A stretch of 64,000 bases of DNA from Hemiscyllium ocellatum (Eukaryota), in NCBI RefSeq assembly GCF_020745735.1, contig NC_083417.1:71920001-71984000 (forward strand). Direction: 5' to 3'. Under the pieces are notes generated by a model. That model saw only the letters and a list, made by a program, of their open reading frames with translations. It had not been told where the DNA came from and did not search any database. Positions 23,100 to 36,430 of the stretch are shown here, piece by piece. The position numbers and the translations under genes were made by a program. Position 1 is the stretch's first letter. The number at the start of each line of letters is the position of its first letter.

Positions 23100-26000
23100 C
23101 AGTTGCACACGTGGGGTGGAGGGTAGATGGCCCAATGGGAGAAGAAGAGTGTCAAATGCAATAGTGGTATGTGATCCATTAGTTACAGAAATTGACAGGC
23201 CTTTCTGTAGCCATTGAGTAATTCCAGGATGGTATGTTGTCCTCTTGGTGCCAGAATGATACCAAACACATTCAAGAAATTCTTTTTGAGATTGTAGTTC
23301 AAATTCATACCAATGGCAGGCAGAAATAGGGATGAGAGTTTGAACGTAGAGGGAATAAGTGGGAAGTTAATTGAAAAACAAGACTTCCGAGACTCTAATT
23401 TCAGGATTACACCTAATACTAAATTTGGTAACTATGGCAATTATATAGATATTCATATGAACATATGGCCAAAACAATGGCTTCTGAGGGAAGAGATTAG
23501 ATTTCTGGCTTAATTGGAACCAGTAAAATGAGGATGGATCAAACCTTAGCAGGACTGATCTAATTATCCTACTAGGGAGACTTGCTCATATTGGGGATAG
23601 TTTAATCTATCTTCTCAGAAAGTTTGGAACCAGGGAGGAAATTCAAATAAGAAAGGAAAGCCAAGCTTGAAATGTAAATTAGAAAAGGAGTAAATGAAAG
23701 TAGAAAGGAGCAGAAATGCAAATATTAGTTTGAGTCAAAGTACAAAATAATGTGAGCAATGCACAAAGGCTTTTTATGTAACTGCGCATCAGATTGGAAC
23801 CATGGTGAAAACATTGATGGTGTAAACAGCTGTGATCTGGTTGTCATTGTGGAGATGTGGCTGCAGGGTGACCAAGACTAGAACCTAAACATTGAAGGAT
23901 ATTTAACAATTAAGAAGGACAATATGTCAGAAAAGCGGTGCGTAATGCTGATAGTAATGAATGAGATCAGGATATTAGTGAGAGAGGAACTTAGACCAAA
24001 AAAAGACAATGTGGTATCTGTTTGAGTGGATCTAAGAAACACTGGGCTGCAAATTTTGATGAAGTTTGATTATGAACAACTACACAGTGGAGGTAATTTA
24101 GCACTTGGTTATAAATAAGGGCATTAGTGATCCATGTAAAAAGGCAGTACTTAACTGATGACTGCAATATTCATATCGTTTGTCCATATCTAAAGATCAC
24201 CAAATGTTGTGGATGACAAATCCCTAGAATATGTGCAAGATAACTTCATAGAGCAGTATGTGAGACACCAGTGGGCGGCACGGTGGCACAGTGGTTAGCA
24301 CTGCTGCCTCACAGCGCCTGAGTCCCGGGTTCAATTCCCGACTCAGGCGACTGACTGCGTGGAGTTTGCACGTTCTCCCCGTGTCTGCATGGGTTTCTTC
24401 CGGGTGCTCCGGTTTCCTCCCACAGTCCAAAGATGTGCGGGTCAGGTGAATTGGCTATGCTAAATTGCCTGTAGTGTTATGTAGGGGTATGGGTGGGTTG
24501 CGCTTCGGCGGGTCGGTGTGGACTTGTTGGGCCGAAGGGCCTGTTTCCACACTGTAAGTCTAATCAGTGAGGGAACGGGCTATTTTAGAGCTTATATTTT
24601 GCAAGTGGATAATTAGAAATATTATTATAAAAGAGGTTTTAGTGAAGAGAAACCAGAATATGATAGAATTTATTATTTATTTCTAAACACAACTCTAAAA
24701 GCTAATTTCTTAAAATCTTAACAAGGAAAACACTAAGGTGTGAGGGATAAGTTGACTTTGGTAGGTTGAGGAAATGCATTAAAAGGAATGATGATAGGCA
24801 AGCAGTGATTAATATTAAAGAAATAATATTTGGTTTGCCACAAACACACGTTCCTTCAAGGCATGCAAACAGGACAGGGAGAATGGATAAACAGTGGTTA
24901 GCGAAGAAAGTTAAAGGTTGTATCAGATCAAAGAAAGAAGCTTATGAAATTACCAAGACAATGGTAAACCCGAGGATTCGAATTACTTTCGAACTCAGCA
25001 AAGCAGGGTGAAGTAACAGAAAGAATAGAATGTGGGTGCAAAATAAGAAGGAACAGCAATGTACTGGAAAAATGTTTCTACAAGTATGGAGGTAGGAAAA
25101 GATTAACAAGTAAATGGTGGATCCTTTGCAATCTGATATAGAGAACTTACGATAGAGAATAGAGAAATTGTAGAGGCTCTAAGTAATTGATTTATATCTG
25201 TCTTACATAGAACTGGATACAAATCAAATCTCTTAGATATAATAGAGACTGTAAGACCATAAAACATAGGAGCAGAATTAGGCCATTTGATCCATTGAGT
25301 TTGTTCTTCTGCTTACTCCCCACATGAACTCTTGATCATCTTACCAATCAAGACATAAGCTATGTCTGTCTGAAATACAGACTCAATGTTTTAGCTTACA
25401 CAGCTTTCTGTGGCAATGAATTCCATAGACTAATCACTCTCTGGCTGAAAGATTCCACCAATCTCAGTTCTAAAGGGTCATCCCTTCACTCTGTGTCTGT
25501 GCCCTTGGGACCCAGTCTGTTCCACTCATGAAAGCATCTTCTCTACGCCTACTCTCAGTATTGTTTAAATTCCAATTAGATATCCACACATCCTTGTAAG
25601 CTCCATCGAGTACAGTCCAAGAGTCCTCATGTGACAAGCCCTTCATCTTGGCATTATCCCTGTAAACCTCCTCTCGATCCCCTCTAATGCCAGCACATCT
25701 TTCTTTTGTTACAGGGCCCAAAACTGCCCACAATATTCCCAATGTGGTCTGACCAGAGCCTTATACAGTCTCAACAATGCACCTCTGTTCTTGCATTCTA
25801 GCCCATTTCAAATGAACGCTAAGATTGCATTTGTCTTCATAACTGCCAATGGAATCCCCAAGGGATAAGTGGGAATGAGGAACTGGAAGAAATTGATTCC
25901 AGTGGATAAAAAGCAGAACTGGACAAAGTCATAGACATAAAAGTTAATAAATTCCTAAGTTAGAATAATCTATATCCAGAGCGGTGGCGGAGAATGAGTT

Positions 26001-26110
26001 GCATTGATGATTTTCGAAATTCTATAGATTCCGTAATGATGCTGGCATATTGGAAAGTTGTAGATGTAACTCCATTATTTAAGAAAGGAGGGAGCGAGAA
26101 AATGCAGGAG
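23100..26110 (+). mobile_element. Ancient, heavily degraded CR1 (ORF1 and ORF2 relics) with nested insertions
   Basis: Relics such as gatggtatgttgtcctcttggtgccag (CCLPGA), WLLREEIRFL, ggagatgtggctgcagggtgacc and ...aagaaaggagggagcgag. Nested SINE 24273-24564 and minus-strand CR1 fragment about 25250-25850. Confidence 0.65.
24273..24564 (+). mobile_element. Full-length HE1-type (V-SINE) tRNA-derived SINE
   Basis: A box TGGCACAGTGG, B box GGTTCAATTCC, V-domain-like core and CR1-like 3' tail. CAGT at 24269-24272 and 24565-24568 is a short TSD. Confidence 0.92.
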
Positions 26111-26129
26111 CTGTCAATCTGTTAGCCTG

Positions 26130-29100
26130 ATTGTAGTAATTTTAAAAAAAGTCATTTGTGGGGTATGAGAGTTGCTGACTGGCCAGTATTTATTGCCCAT
26201 TTCTAGTTGTCCTTGAGAAAGTGGTGGAGCTGTCTGCTTGAACTGCGGCAGGCCACCTGCAGTGGATTGACCTGCAATGCCCTTAGGGAGGGAATTCCAG
26301 GATTTTTGAGCCAGTGACAGTAAAGGAATAATGATATATTTCCAAGTCAGGATGGTGGTTGGCTTGGAGGGAAACTTGAAGGTGGTGATATTCTTATGCA
26401 TCAGTTGCCCTTACCCTCCTAGATAGAAGTGGTCATGGGTTGGAAGGCACTGTCTCAGGATCTGTGGTGAATTTCTGTAGTGCATCTTGTAGAAAGTACA
26501 CATTGCTGCTACTGAGCATTGGTGATGGAGGGAGTGGATGCTTGTGGACGTAATGTCAGTCAAACAGGCTGCTTTGTCCTGGATGGTGTCAATCTTCTTG
26601 AATGTTATTGGAGCTGCACCCATGCTGGCGAGTGGGGTGCATTCCATCACACTCCAGAGTTGTACCTTGTTGATGATGAACAGGCTTTGGGGAGTTAGGA
26701 GGTGAGTACTTCCTAGGTATCACAAGGGCGGCACGGTGGTTTAAGGGCGGCACGGTGGTACAGTGGTTAGCACTGCTGCCTCACAGCGCCAGGGACCTGG
26801 GTTCAATTCCCACCTCAGGCGACTGACTGTGTGGAGTTTGCACGTTCTCCCCGTGTCTACGTGGGTTTCCTCCGGGTGCTCTGGTTTCCTCCCACAGTCC
26901 AAAGATGTGCGGGTCAGGTGAATTGGCCATGCTAAATTGTCCGTAGTGTTAGGTAAGGGGTATGGGTGGGTTGCGCTTCGGCGGGTCGGTGTGGACTTGT
27001 TGGGCCGAAGGGCCTGTTTCCACACTGTAAGTAATCTAATCTAATCTACTTGCTACAGTATTCCTAGTCTCTGAACTGCTCTTTTAGACACCGTGTTTAT
27101 TACTGAGTCCCGATGAGTTTCTGTTCAATGATAATTCCCAGGATGTTGGTAGTGGGGCATTCAGTGATGGAGACAACATTGAATGTCAAGGCACAGTGGT
27201 TAGGTTGTCTCTTATTGGAGATGGTCATAGCCTGGCATTTGTGTGGCATGAATGTTACATCTCATTTGTCAGCCCAAGCCTTGACATTATCCAGATCTTG
27301 TTACATTTGAATATGAACTGCTTCAGTATCTGAGGAGTTCTGAATGGTGGAGCATATTGTACAATTATTGGCCAGTGTTCCAATTCCTGACCTTATGATG
27401 GATGGAAGGTCATCGATAAAGCAGCTGAAAATGGTTGGGCCTAGGAAACAACTCTGAGGAACTCCTGCTGAGATATTGTGGATACAGGATGACCGATCTC
27501 CAACAGCCATGACCATGTGCCAAGTATGACTCTAACCACTGGAGAGTTTACCTTGTGATACCTATTGATTCCAATTCTGCGAGAACTCCTTGATGACACA
27601 CTTTGGATGAATGTAGCCTTGATATCAAGGGCAATCACTCTTACCTCACCTCTGGAATTCAGCTCCTTTTGTCCATGTTTGAACCAAGACTGAAATATCA
27701 TTAGGAGCAGAGTGGCCCTGCCAGAACCCACCCTGGGAGTCACTGCACAGATTATTGTTGAGCAGATGTTCTTTGATAGCACTGTTGATTATACCTTCTG
27801 TGACTTTACTGATGATCAAAAGTAGGCTGGATGGGGCGGTGATTGTTTGGTTTAGATTTATCCTGCTTTTGATGTACAGGACATACCTGAGCAATTTTCC
27901 ACATTATCAGATAATTGCCAGTGTTGTAAGAACTTGGCTAAGGGAGTGGCAAATTCTAGAGTACCAGTCTTCAGAACAATTGCCAGATGTTAGGAACCAT
28001 AGCCTTTGAAGTATCCCAGTGTCTCCAATTGTTTCTTGATATCAAGTACGGTGAATTAAATTGACTGATGACTAGAATCTGAGATGCAGTGGGCTACAGA
28101 AGGAAGCCAAGATGCACCATACCCTCAACACTTCTGGTTGAAGATTGCTGTGAATACTTCAGCCATATATTTTGCACTGATGTATTTGGCTCTTCCATCA
28201 TTGACAATGCAGGTATTTGTGGAGTCTCCTCCTCCAGTGAGTTGTTTAAATGTGCACCACCATTCATGTCTGTGTGTGGCAGGAATGCAGGTTTAGATCT
28301 GAACTATTAGTTGTGGGATTGCTTAGTTTGGTCTATCACTTGCTGCTTATGCTATTTGACATGCAAGTAGCTCTATTTAGTAGATTCGCTAGGGTTGACA
28401 CCTCACTTTCAGGTAAGTCTGGTTCTGCTCCTGGCATGCCTTCCTGCATTCTCCATTGAGCTAGGGTTGATCCCTTGGCTTGATGGTAATGGTTGATTAT
28501 GGAGATATTTTGGGCCATAAAATTGCAGATTGTGTTGAAGTACAATTCTTCTGCTGTTCGATATCACCAGTAATTCATGGATGCCCAGTTTTGAGTCCCT
28601 AAATCTGTTCAAAATCTATTCCACTTAGCACAATGGTAGTGCCACATAACATGGTGGAGGTTATTTCCAATGTGAAGGCACAAGGTCTGTGCAGTGTTCA
28701 CTCTTACCAATACTGTTATGAACAGATCGGTAAGGATGAGGTCAAGTTTGTTTTTCTATCTTGTTAGTTCCCCCACCACCTGCCGCAGACCCAGTCTAGT
28801 AGCTGTGTCATTTTGGATCTAACTAGCTTGATCTGTAGTACTCCCGCCAAACCATTCTTAGTGGTGGACATTGAAACCCCCACCCAGAGTACATTTTGTG
28901 CCCTTGCCATCCTCATTGCTTCCTCCAAGAGTTATTCAACATGGAGGAGTGCCATTGCCAGCTGAAGGAAAATGGTATACGGCATTCAGTAGGAGATTTC
29001 CTTGCCCATGTTTAAACTGTAACCACAAGATGTCACGGGTCTGGAGTCGATAGTAAGGACTGCCATTGCAACTCCCTACAATTGTATAGCACTGTGCTGC

Positions 29101-29400
29101 CGTCTCTGCTAGATCTGCCCTGCTGATGGGACAAGACATATTCACGAATGGTGACACTGATGTCTTGGGCTTTGTCTGTAAGGTATGATTCATAAATTTG
29201 GCTATGTCAAGCTGTTGCCTGACTGGTTTGTGAGACAGCTCTCCTAATTTTGGCATTAACACCCAATTGTTAGAAAGGAGGATTTTTTGCCTTTACTTTT
29301 TCTGGTGCCTCAGTCAATCCCAGGTGTCATTTCTTTGTTGAGGATATGCAATGATCGATACAACTAAACGGATTGCGACATGATTTCAGGAGCAATTGGG
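26130..29400 (-). mobile_element. Long degraded L2/CR1-group LINE ORF2 (endonuclease plus RT)
   Basis: Minus-strand relics HGQGNLLLNAVYHFPS (APE), VIALDIKATF, GVPQSCFLGPTIF, LANNC (decayed FADD) and MECTPLASMGAAPITFKKIDTIQDKAA. Clade assignment is tentative. Confidence 0.8.
26726..27046 (+). mobile_element. Full-length HE1-type SINE with duplicated 5' end
   Basis: A and B boxes, (TAATC)3 tail, TACTT on both flanks (26707-26711, 27047-27051). AAGGGCGGCACGGTGGT is repeated at 26724 and 26743. Confidence 0.92.
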
Positions 29401-29512
29401 AGTCAACCACATTGCTGTGCATCTGGAGTCACATATAGGTCAGACCAGGTGAGGATGGCAGATTTCCTTCCCTGAAGGAAATTAGTAAACCAGATGGGAT
29501 TTTTCTGGCATG

Positions 29513-30850
29513 GAAAATGTGTTGCTGGAAAAGCGCAGCAGGTCAGGCAGCATCCAAAGAGAAGGCGAATCAACATTTTGGGCATAAGCCTTTCTTCAGG
29601 AATCCTGAAGAAGGGCTTATGCCTGAAACATCGATTCTCCTGCTCTTTGGATGCTGCCTGACCTGCTGTACTTTTCCAGCAACACATCTTTCAGCTCTGA
29701 TCTCCAACATCTGCAGTCCTCACTTTCTCCTCATTGATTTTAACCTACTGGGAATCCTCTTGCAAGGATGCCTTCCTTGAAGAAGTTCTCTTCCTCCCTC
29801 TACAAGGATTTAGAACATAGAACATAGAACATAGAAGGATACAGCGCAGTACAGGCCCTTCGGCCCTCGATGTTGCACCGACCGAATCCTACCTAACCTA
29901 TACTAGCCCAATAACTTCCAAATGCCTATCCAATGCCCGCTTAAATGACCATAAAGAAGGAGAGTTCACCACTGATACGGGCAGGGCATTCCATGAACTC
30001 ACAACCCGCTGTGTGAAGAATCTACCCCTAACATCTGTCCTATACCTACCACCCCTTAATTTAAAGCTATGTCCCCTAGTAACACCTAACTCCATTAGCG
30101 GTAAAAGGTTCTTAGTATCTACCCTATCTAAACCCCTAATCATCTTATACACTTCTATCAGATCTCCCCTAAACCTTCTCTTCTCCAATGAGAACAGCCC
30201 CAAGTGCCTCAGCCTTTCCTCATAAGATTTTCCTACCATTCCAGGCAACATCCTGGTAAACCTCCTCTGCACTCGTTCTAAAGCTTCCACATCCTTCCTA
30301 TAGTATGGCGACCAAAACTGCACACAATACTCCAGATGAGGCCTCACCAGAGTCTTATACAACTGCAACATGACCTCAGGACTCCGGAACTCAATTCCTC
30401 TGCCAATAAAGCCCAGTACACCATATGCCTTCCTCACAGCACTATTTACCTGGGTGGCAACTTTCAGAGATCTGTGTACATAGACACCAAGATCCCTCTG
30501 CTCATCCACACTACCATTTCAGTGAGTCCCTCTCTCACTGCACCCTCAGGTCATCTCCTCTGCCCTGAAGTTTTTCAGCCATGTCCTCAAACATACTCGC
30601 TACCACAGCCACATGTCCTTCCTCAGCACCTGTCTACGGAACTGACTAACCCTGCATGGACTCCGGACTACGTTCAGACCAACAAAATTTGGACCCAACC
30701 AGGACAACCAGTACCTACAGATTCCTGAAGCAGGGCTCATGCCCGATTCTCCTGCTCCTTGGATGCTGCCTGACCTGCTGTGCTTTTCCAGCAACACATT
30801 TTTCAGCTCTGATCTCCAGCATCTGCACTCCTCACTTTCTCCTAGGGATT
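29513..30850 (+). mobile_element. PLE piece: inverted pLTR pair, N-terminal ORF relic, second pLTR; interrupted by a CR1
   Basis: Palindromic pLTR pair 29513-29735 with CTGAAGA core at 29605-29611, then coding-like relic ttcagccatgtcctcaaacatactcgctaccacagccac..., then pLTR at 30720-30845. Confidence 0.7.
29812..30515 (-). mobile_element. Young 5'-truncated CR1 with intact ORF2 C-terminus
   Basis: ORF 29898-30509 DEQRDLGV...LEVIGLV, (TAGAACA)n tail, 4-bp ATTT flanks (29808-29811, 30516-30519). Confidence 0.95.
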
Positions 30851-31659
30851 TTTCTGGCAACCAACAATAGTCTCATGATCATCAGTAGGTCCTTAATTCC
30901 AGATTCTATTTTATTGAATTCAAATTCTGTTATCTATCATGGTGGGATTCAAACCCAGGTCCCCAGAACATTAGCTGATTATCTGGATTAACAGACCACC
31001 AATAATGTCACAAGGCAGTCACCTCCCCATTGTGGTAGTGTGGAAAATAGCGTAGCACTTTTTTACACATTCAGTTGATGGTGATCTTTGCTTGCTCAGT
31101 CACCAGTATCCTAATGAAGGTAATGCTGAACTGCATCAGCATCTACTAGACATCACCTTCCATATTCGCAACTGCTTAGAGGTGGAAACGCAGTAGATAG
31201 AAGGGAACATGGCTACCTACAAGCTCTGCCTCCAAGCCACCTGAGTTGGTAGAATACTCTCATTTCGACACAATTACTTTGTTCCAATCCTGGAAGTCCT
31301 TCCTTTACAGCATTTAATGATTATACCTGCCCCAAAGGGAATGCAGCAGTTTATGAAGGCAGATCACCACCACATATGAGGGACAACTAAGGTTGAGCGA
31401 TAAATGTTTACCCAACCAGTGAATGCTGTATTCCAAAAGTAAACTTAAAAAAAATGGTCACCAAACTTTAGGATGAGGATGCTGACTTAAGGGAAAGGAT
31501 GGAAATATCCCTGAAAGGATATGTGTGAGATTTACAAGACTAATGAATGGGATGAAGATTTTTCAGTACAGTGGTAACTAGGAGCTGTGATTGGCTTCCT
31601 TAAAGGAAGAGAGAATGAGGGAGAGTTAATGGAAATAAGCATGATTGTGATAAGTTCAC

Positions 31660-32005
31660 CACCATAGCATGGGCAGCACAGCGGTTCAATGGTTAGCACT
31701 ACTGCTTTACAGCGGGAGGAGCCTGGGTTTGATCGCAGCCTCGGGGCGACTGTCTGTTTGGAATTTGCACATTCTCCCCGTGTCTGCATGAGCGTCTTCT
31801 GGGTGCTCCAGCTCCCTCCCACACTCCAAAGATGTGCAGATTAGCCATACTAAATTGCCCATATTGTTCAGGGATGTGTAGGCTAGGTGCATTAGTCAGC
31901 GTTAAACATAGAGTAAGAGAATGGGTCTGGGTGGGTTACTCTTTGGAGGGTCAATGTGGACTTGTTAGGTCAAAGGGCCTGTTTAGACACTGTAGGAATT
32001 CTAAT
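31660..32005 (+). mobile_element. HE1-like SINE, diverged
   Basis: gggcagcacagcggttcaatggttagcac head, V-domain-like core, and tail gtggacttgttaggtcaaagggcctgtttagacactgtaggaattcta. Confidence 0.75.
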
Positions 32006-33959
32006 AGACAGTATGATGCTATCGTTAGCATGCAAGAACTTGGAGATACATGTTAATATTCTGGTCAAAAGAAGCAGAAAGAATGTGAAGTAACATTTTT
32101 ACTTATTTTTGGAAATTGGCTGAGTAGTATGAATCAGAGAGTAGACAGACTTTGTTTTGCAAAGTTAAAAATAGGATCTCAGGAACCAGTCCATCTTAGA
32201 TTCAAAGCTTATATTTCCATGTTCTGTGGCTCACTGGATTTTTTTCCCCTCCCATTCCCCTTTGTGGGATCATACCTTGCATCTTAATTATCTCCTCTGA
32301 AGAAGTCATACCAAATTTGAACTGTTAACTTTGTTTCTCTCTTCACAGATGCTGCCAGATCAGCTGAGTTTCTCTAGTCTTCTCTGTGTTTGTTTCAAAT
32401 TTCCAGCATTTGCAGTATTTTGATGTTATTGTAACAAACCTGAAGTTCACCCAGGATCTGAAGCAAATTGAAGCAAACTGACTTTGAACTTTCCAGAATT
32501 TAAAGAAACAGTATTTTAAATTTGTAATCTTCATTTGGAATCAATATGAGTCCTTTTTGATTTGATTTGATTTGATTTATTACTGTCATATGCACCGAGG
32601 TACAGTGGAAAGTTTTGTTTTGTGTGCAATACAGGCAGATCATACCATTCAAAGTGCCTGAGGGTAATAGAACAGAGTGAGGAATACAATGTTACAGCTG
32701 CAGTAAAGGTGCAGAGGTTGAAATCAACAATAAATTTAAAATTTCAAAGGTTCATTTAGAAGTCTGATAACCACAGGGAAGAAGCTGTTCTTGAATCTGT
32801 TTACATGTGTATACTACTTTTTATACCTTCTCCTCAATAGAAGACAGTGGAAGGATGCTACTAAAAGAGATTAGGGAGCCAAACGGGGTTTTCTGACAAT
32901 CTGCAATGGTTTCATGGCCATCATTAGACTCTCAATTCCAGATGCTTGTTGAATTCAAAGTCCACAACCTGTCATGGCAAGATTCAAATCCAGGTACTTA
33001 GAAACATGACCTGGGTCTCTAGATTGATGAATCAGCAATAATACCACGAGGCCATCAGCTCCACTGCAGTTGCTACTTCCACTGTCAGTTCATTCCACAT
33101 TTGAACCACTCTCTGTGTGAAAAAAATATCCTTCTTGTCCTTTTTAACTCTTTCTTCTTTCACTTTAATAAAATGCATCCGAATCTTGAACTCCCCCCCA
33201 CCCCCCAGGCAAATCCATCCTTGCTATTCACCTAATCTATGCTCTTTATGATTTCATAAGGCTCTATATGGCTTATGATTTCATAAGTCTCAACCTCTTA
33301 TACTCCAGTGAAAAAAGTCTCAGCATATCCAGCCTCTCAAAACCTGTGAGGGAATCGAGGTCTGAAATACATCAACCATAATTTTATAGATTGGCAGGGC
33401 TGAATGACCTGCTCTTAATGTGTAGATTCCTACCTGCTTCATTAATGGTCTTTGGGAAGGGAAATCTGCCATCTTGACGCAGTGAGAGTAAAGACGTGGT
33501 TCATTCTTATCTGCCCCTCTGAAATGGCCCTCACAAGACATTCATTCCAAGAGGTAATTAAATATGAGCCACAAATGCCACCTTGGCACTGACTTCCAAA
33601 CCTCATGAACAAATTTTTTTTAAAAAGATGCAGACACACAGACTCCAGGAGAGGGGAGCTAGTGTCTCTCTCATGCCTCTTTCCATACCTCCTGATAGTC
33701 TGAATACATCTCAGTTTTGAGCACCTGCTCTGCTCCACTAGACCTGTAATGAAAAGTGGGAGATGGACCAGTGTGTCCAGAGCCTGCAGCAACTAACAAG
33801 TGGGGCTAGTTTCGTTGGAGATTATGGTCGGCATGGACTGGTTGGACTGTATGACTCTATAACGTAACATCGCTGATTTTTCAGTCTATGATGTCACCAC
33901 ACTTTTTCTTTCTAATCGCAATAGTATAGGAGACTCCAGGATCTGAACATCTACCAATA

Positions 33960-35700
33960 CCTAGTGTTTTGAGCAGCTCTGATTTTCTTCATTTGTCCAG
34001 TGCAGCCCCTGACTTCAGCAGGCTGAGTTGCAATCTCTGGGATATCCTAACAAAATCGCTCCCGAACCTATGGACCCCCACTCCCTTGCCTTTAGTTATG
34101 TCTTTTAGATGCTGGTTTAAATCTACCACTTACCGCCTCAGCCTGTCCACCCCTTCTCATCCACTCCAACCTCTCACTCTCACAGCCCTCCACTCCCTCC
34201 GCTCCAACCCCAACATCACCACCAAACCAGTGGACAAGGGCGGGTGGGGGACCGCAGTGGCTGCATGGCACACTGACCTCTACCTCGCTGAAGCTTGATG
34301 CCAACTTGCTGGCACCTCTTCCTAATTGACCCTTGACCACGACCCCACATCCCATCACCAAGCCATCATCTACAACCTCATCACCTCAGGGGATCTCCCA
34401 TCCACAGCCTCCAACCTCATAGTGCCTCAACCCTGCAGTGCCCGGTTCTATCTCTTAGCCAAAATCTACGAACCTGATTATCCCAGTCGACCAATTGTCT
34501 CTGCCTAGCCCTGCCCCACCGAACATATCTCCTCATATCTCAATTCCGTCCTGTCCACTTGGTCCATGAACTCTCCACATATGTCCAGGACACCACCCAT
34601 AACTTCCACCTTCTCGATGACTTTTGATTTCTTGGCCCCAAACACCTCATATTCACTATAGACATCCAGTCCATGTACACCTCCATCCTCTATGACGAAT
34701 GCATAAAAACGCTCTGTTTCTCCCTCTGCCTCCAACCCAAACAGTCTCCCTCCATCAACTCTCTCATTTGATTAGTGGATCTGGTTCTCACCTTCAACAA
34801 TTTCTCAATTGAATCCTCCCACATCCTATGGACAAGAGGGGTAGCCATGGGCACCCGCATGGGCTCCAGCTATGCCTGCCTCTTTGCAGGCTATGTGAAA
34901 CAGTCAAAGCCATCTACAGTCAAAGCCCAACACTAAAAGTATATTTCCCTCCCAGCCCTATCTGCGTTCTCAACCGACCCACCCTCTACAGCCGACACCT
35001 CCTCCGCTACTGCACGAAGTGCAAAACCTGCACCAACTCCTCTCCCATAACCTCTGCCCAAGGCCTGAAGCATCATTTTAAATCTGACAGAGGTTTTTCT
35101 GCAAATCACTTTATTTACTGCATCATTGCTCTCAATGTGGTGTCTTCTACATCAGGGAGACAGAAAGCCAACTCACAGAGTAGATCAGGGAATATCTCTG
35201 GTCACTTGCACCAAGCAACTGCACAGTCCTGTGGCCAACCATTTCAACTCTCCCTCGCACTCCTCCAAGGGCATGCAAATCCTGGGCCTCCTCCACTGCC
35301 AAATCAAAACCACCGACCAACTGGAGGAAGAATGCCTCACCATCTACCTTGGGAACCTACAGCCTACATGAACGTTGACGTCACCAGCTTCTAAATCTCC
35401 CCACCACCCAGCTCATCCTAGATCCAACCTCCAACTTGGTACTTCCCTCTTGATCTTACCTATCTGTTCATCTTCCTTTCTACCTATCCATTCCACCGTC
35501 CCCACAAACCTATCACAATTACCTCCTACTTGCATTCACCAATCACCATTTCACTTACCGTCCTCCAAGCCCCAATCCCACCCCTTTATCTCTCAGCCCC
35601 CTTCCCTCTCTACATTCCTAATGAAGGGCTTATGCCCAAAATGTTGACTCTCCTGCCTGACCTGCTGTGTTTTTTTCCAGCGCCACACTTTTCAACTCCA
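33960..35700 (+). mobile_element. Neptune-type PLE relic (RT, GIY-YIG, pLTR), internally deleted
   Basis: RGVAMGTRMGSSYACLFAGYV (PLE RT), IYCIIALNVVSSTSGRQK frameshifted GIY-YIG, pLTR with decayed hammerhead cctaatgaagggcttatgcccaaaatg. Longer copies at about 41980-44260 and 48785-51060. Confidence 0.85.
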
Positions 35701-35869
35701 ATTCTTGGAACAAGTCTTAGGTCTTCTAAACTAAGTATGCCTTAGATAAATCTATGTCAAGCATCTTTTAGTTATCTTTCAAATCACCTTGAGACATTTT
35801 GTTGCATTAAGATAATAAACGAATTCATGTTGTTGTCACCTGGTGTCAGTTTCCCTTTGAAAAATCTTC

Positions 35870-36430
35870 TAGATTCATAGATTCATGTAGTCATACAGCT
35901 TGGATTCAGACCGTTGGGTCTAACTAGCTCCACAAATTAAACTAGTTCCACCTGCCTGCACTTGACCGATATCCCTCCAAATGTTTCTTATTCATGTACT
36001 TAACCAATGTCTTTTAAATGCTGTCACTCTATCTTTATACATCACTTTCTCTGGCAGATTGTTTCACAAACAAACCACTCTCTGTGTAATAAAATTGCCC
36101 CTTGTGTCCTTTTAAATCTTTCTTGTCTCACCTGAAAAATATGCCTCCTAGTATTGAACTCACCCATCCTAGAGAAAAGACTCTTGCCATTCACTTTATC
36201 TATGCCCCTCATGATTTTATAAACCCCACTGAGGTCAGCCCTCAATCCCCTACACTCCAGCCTTACCAGTCTATTTTTATATCTCAAACCATCCATTTCC
36301 AGTCACATCCTGGCAAATCTTTCCTGAACCCTCTCCAGTTTAATAATATCCTTCCTATGACAGGGCAAAAAGAACTGCAGACAATACTCCAGAAGATACC
36401 ACACCAACACTCTGTAAATTTTCAACATGA
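35870..36430 (-). mobile_element. Old CR1 3' fragment (triplicated; also about 44430-44995 and 51230-51790)
   Basis: LEYCVQFFLPCYRKDIIQLERVQERF and YKIMRGIDKVNGKSLF relics. Confidence 0.8.

Noticed and set aside
24273-24345. tRNA gene-like A and B boxes
   Set aside because: Head of an HE1 SINE with body and tail attached; not a stand-alone tRNA.
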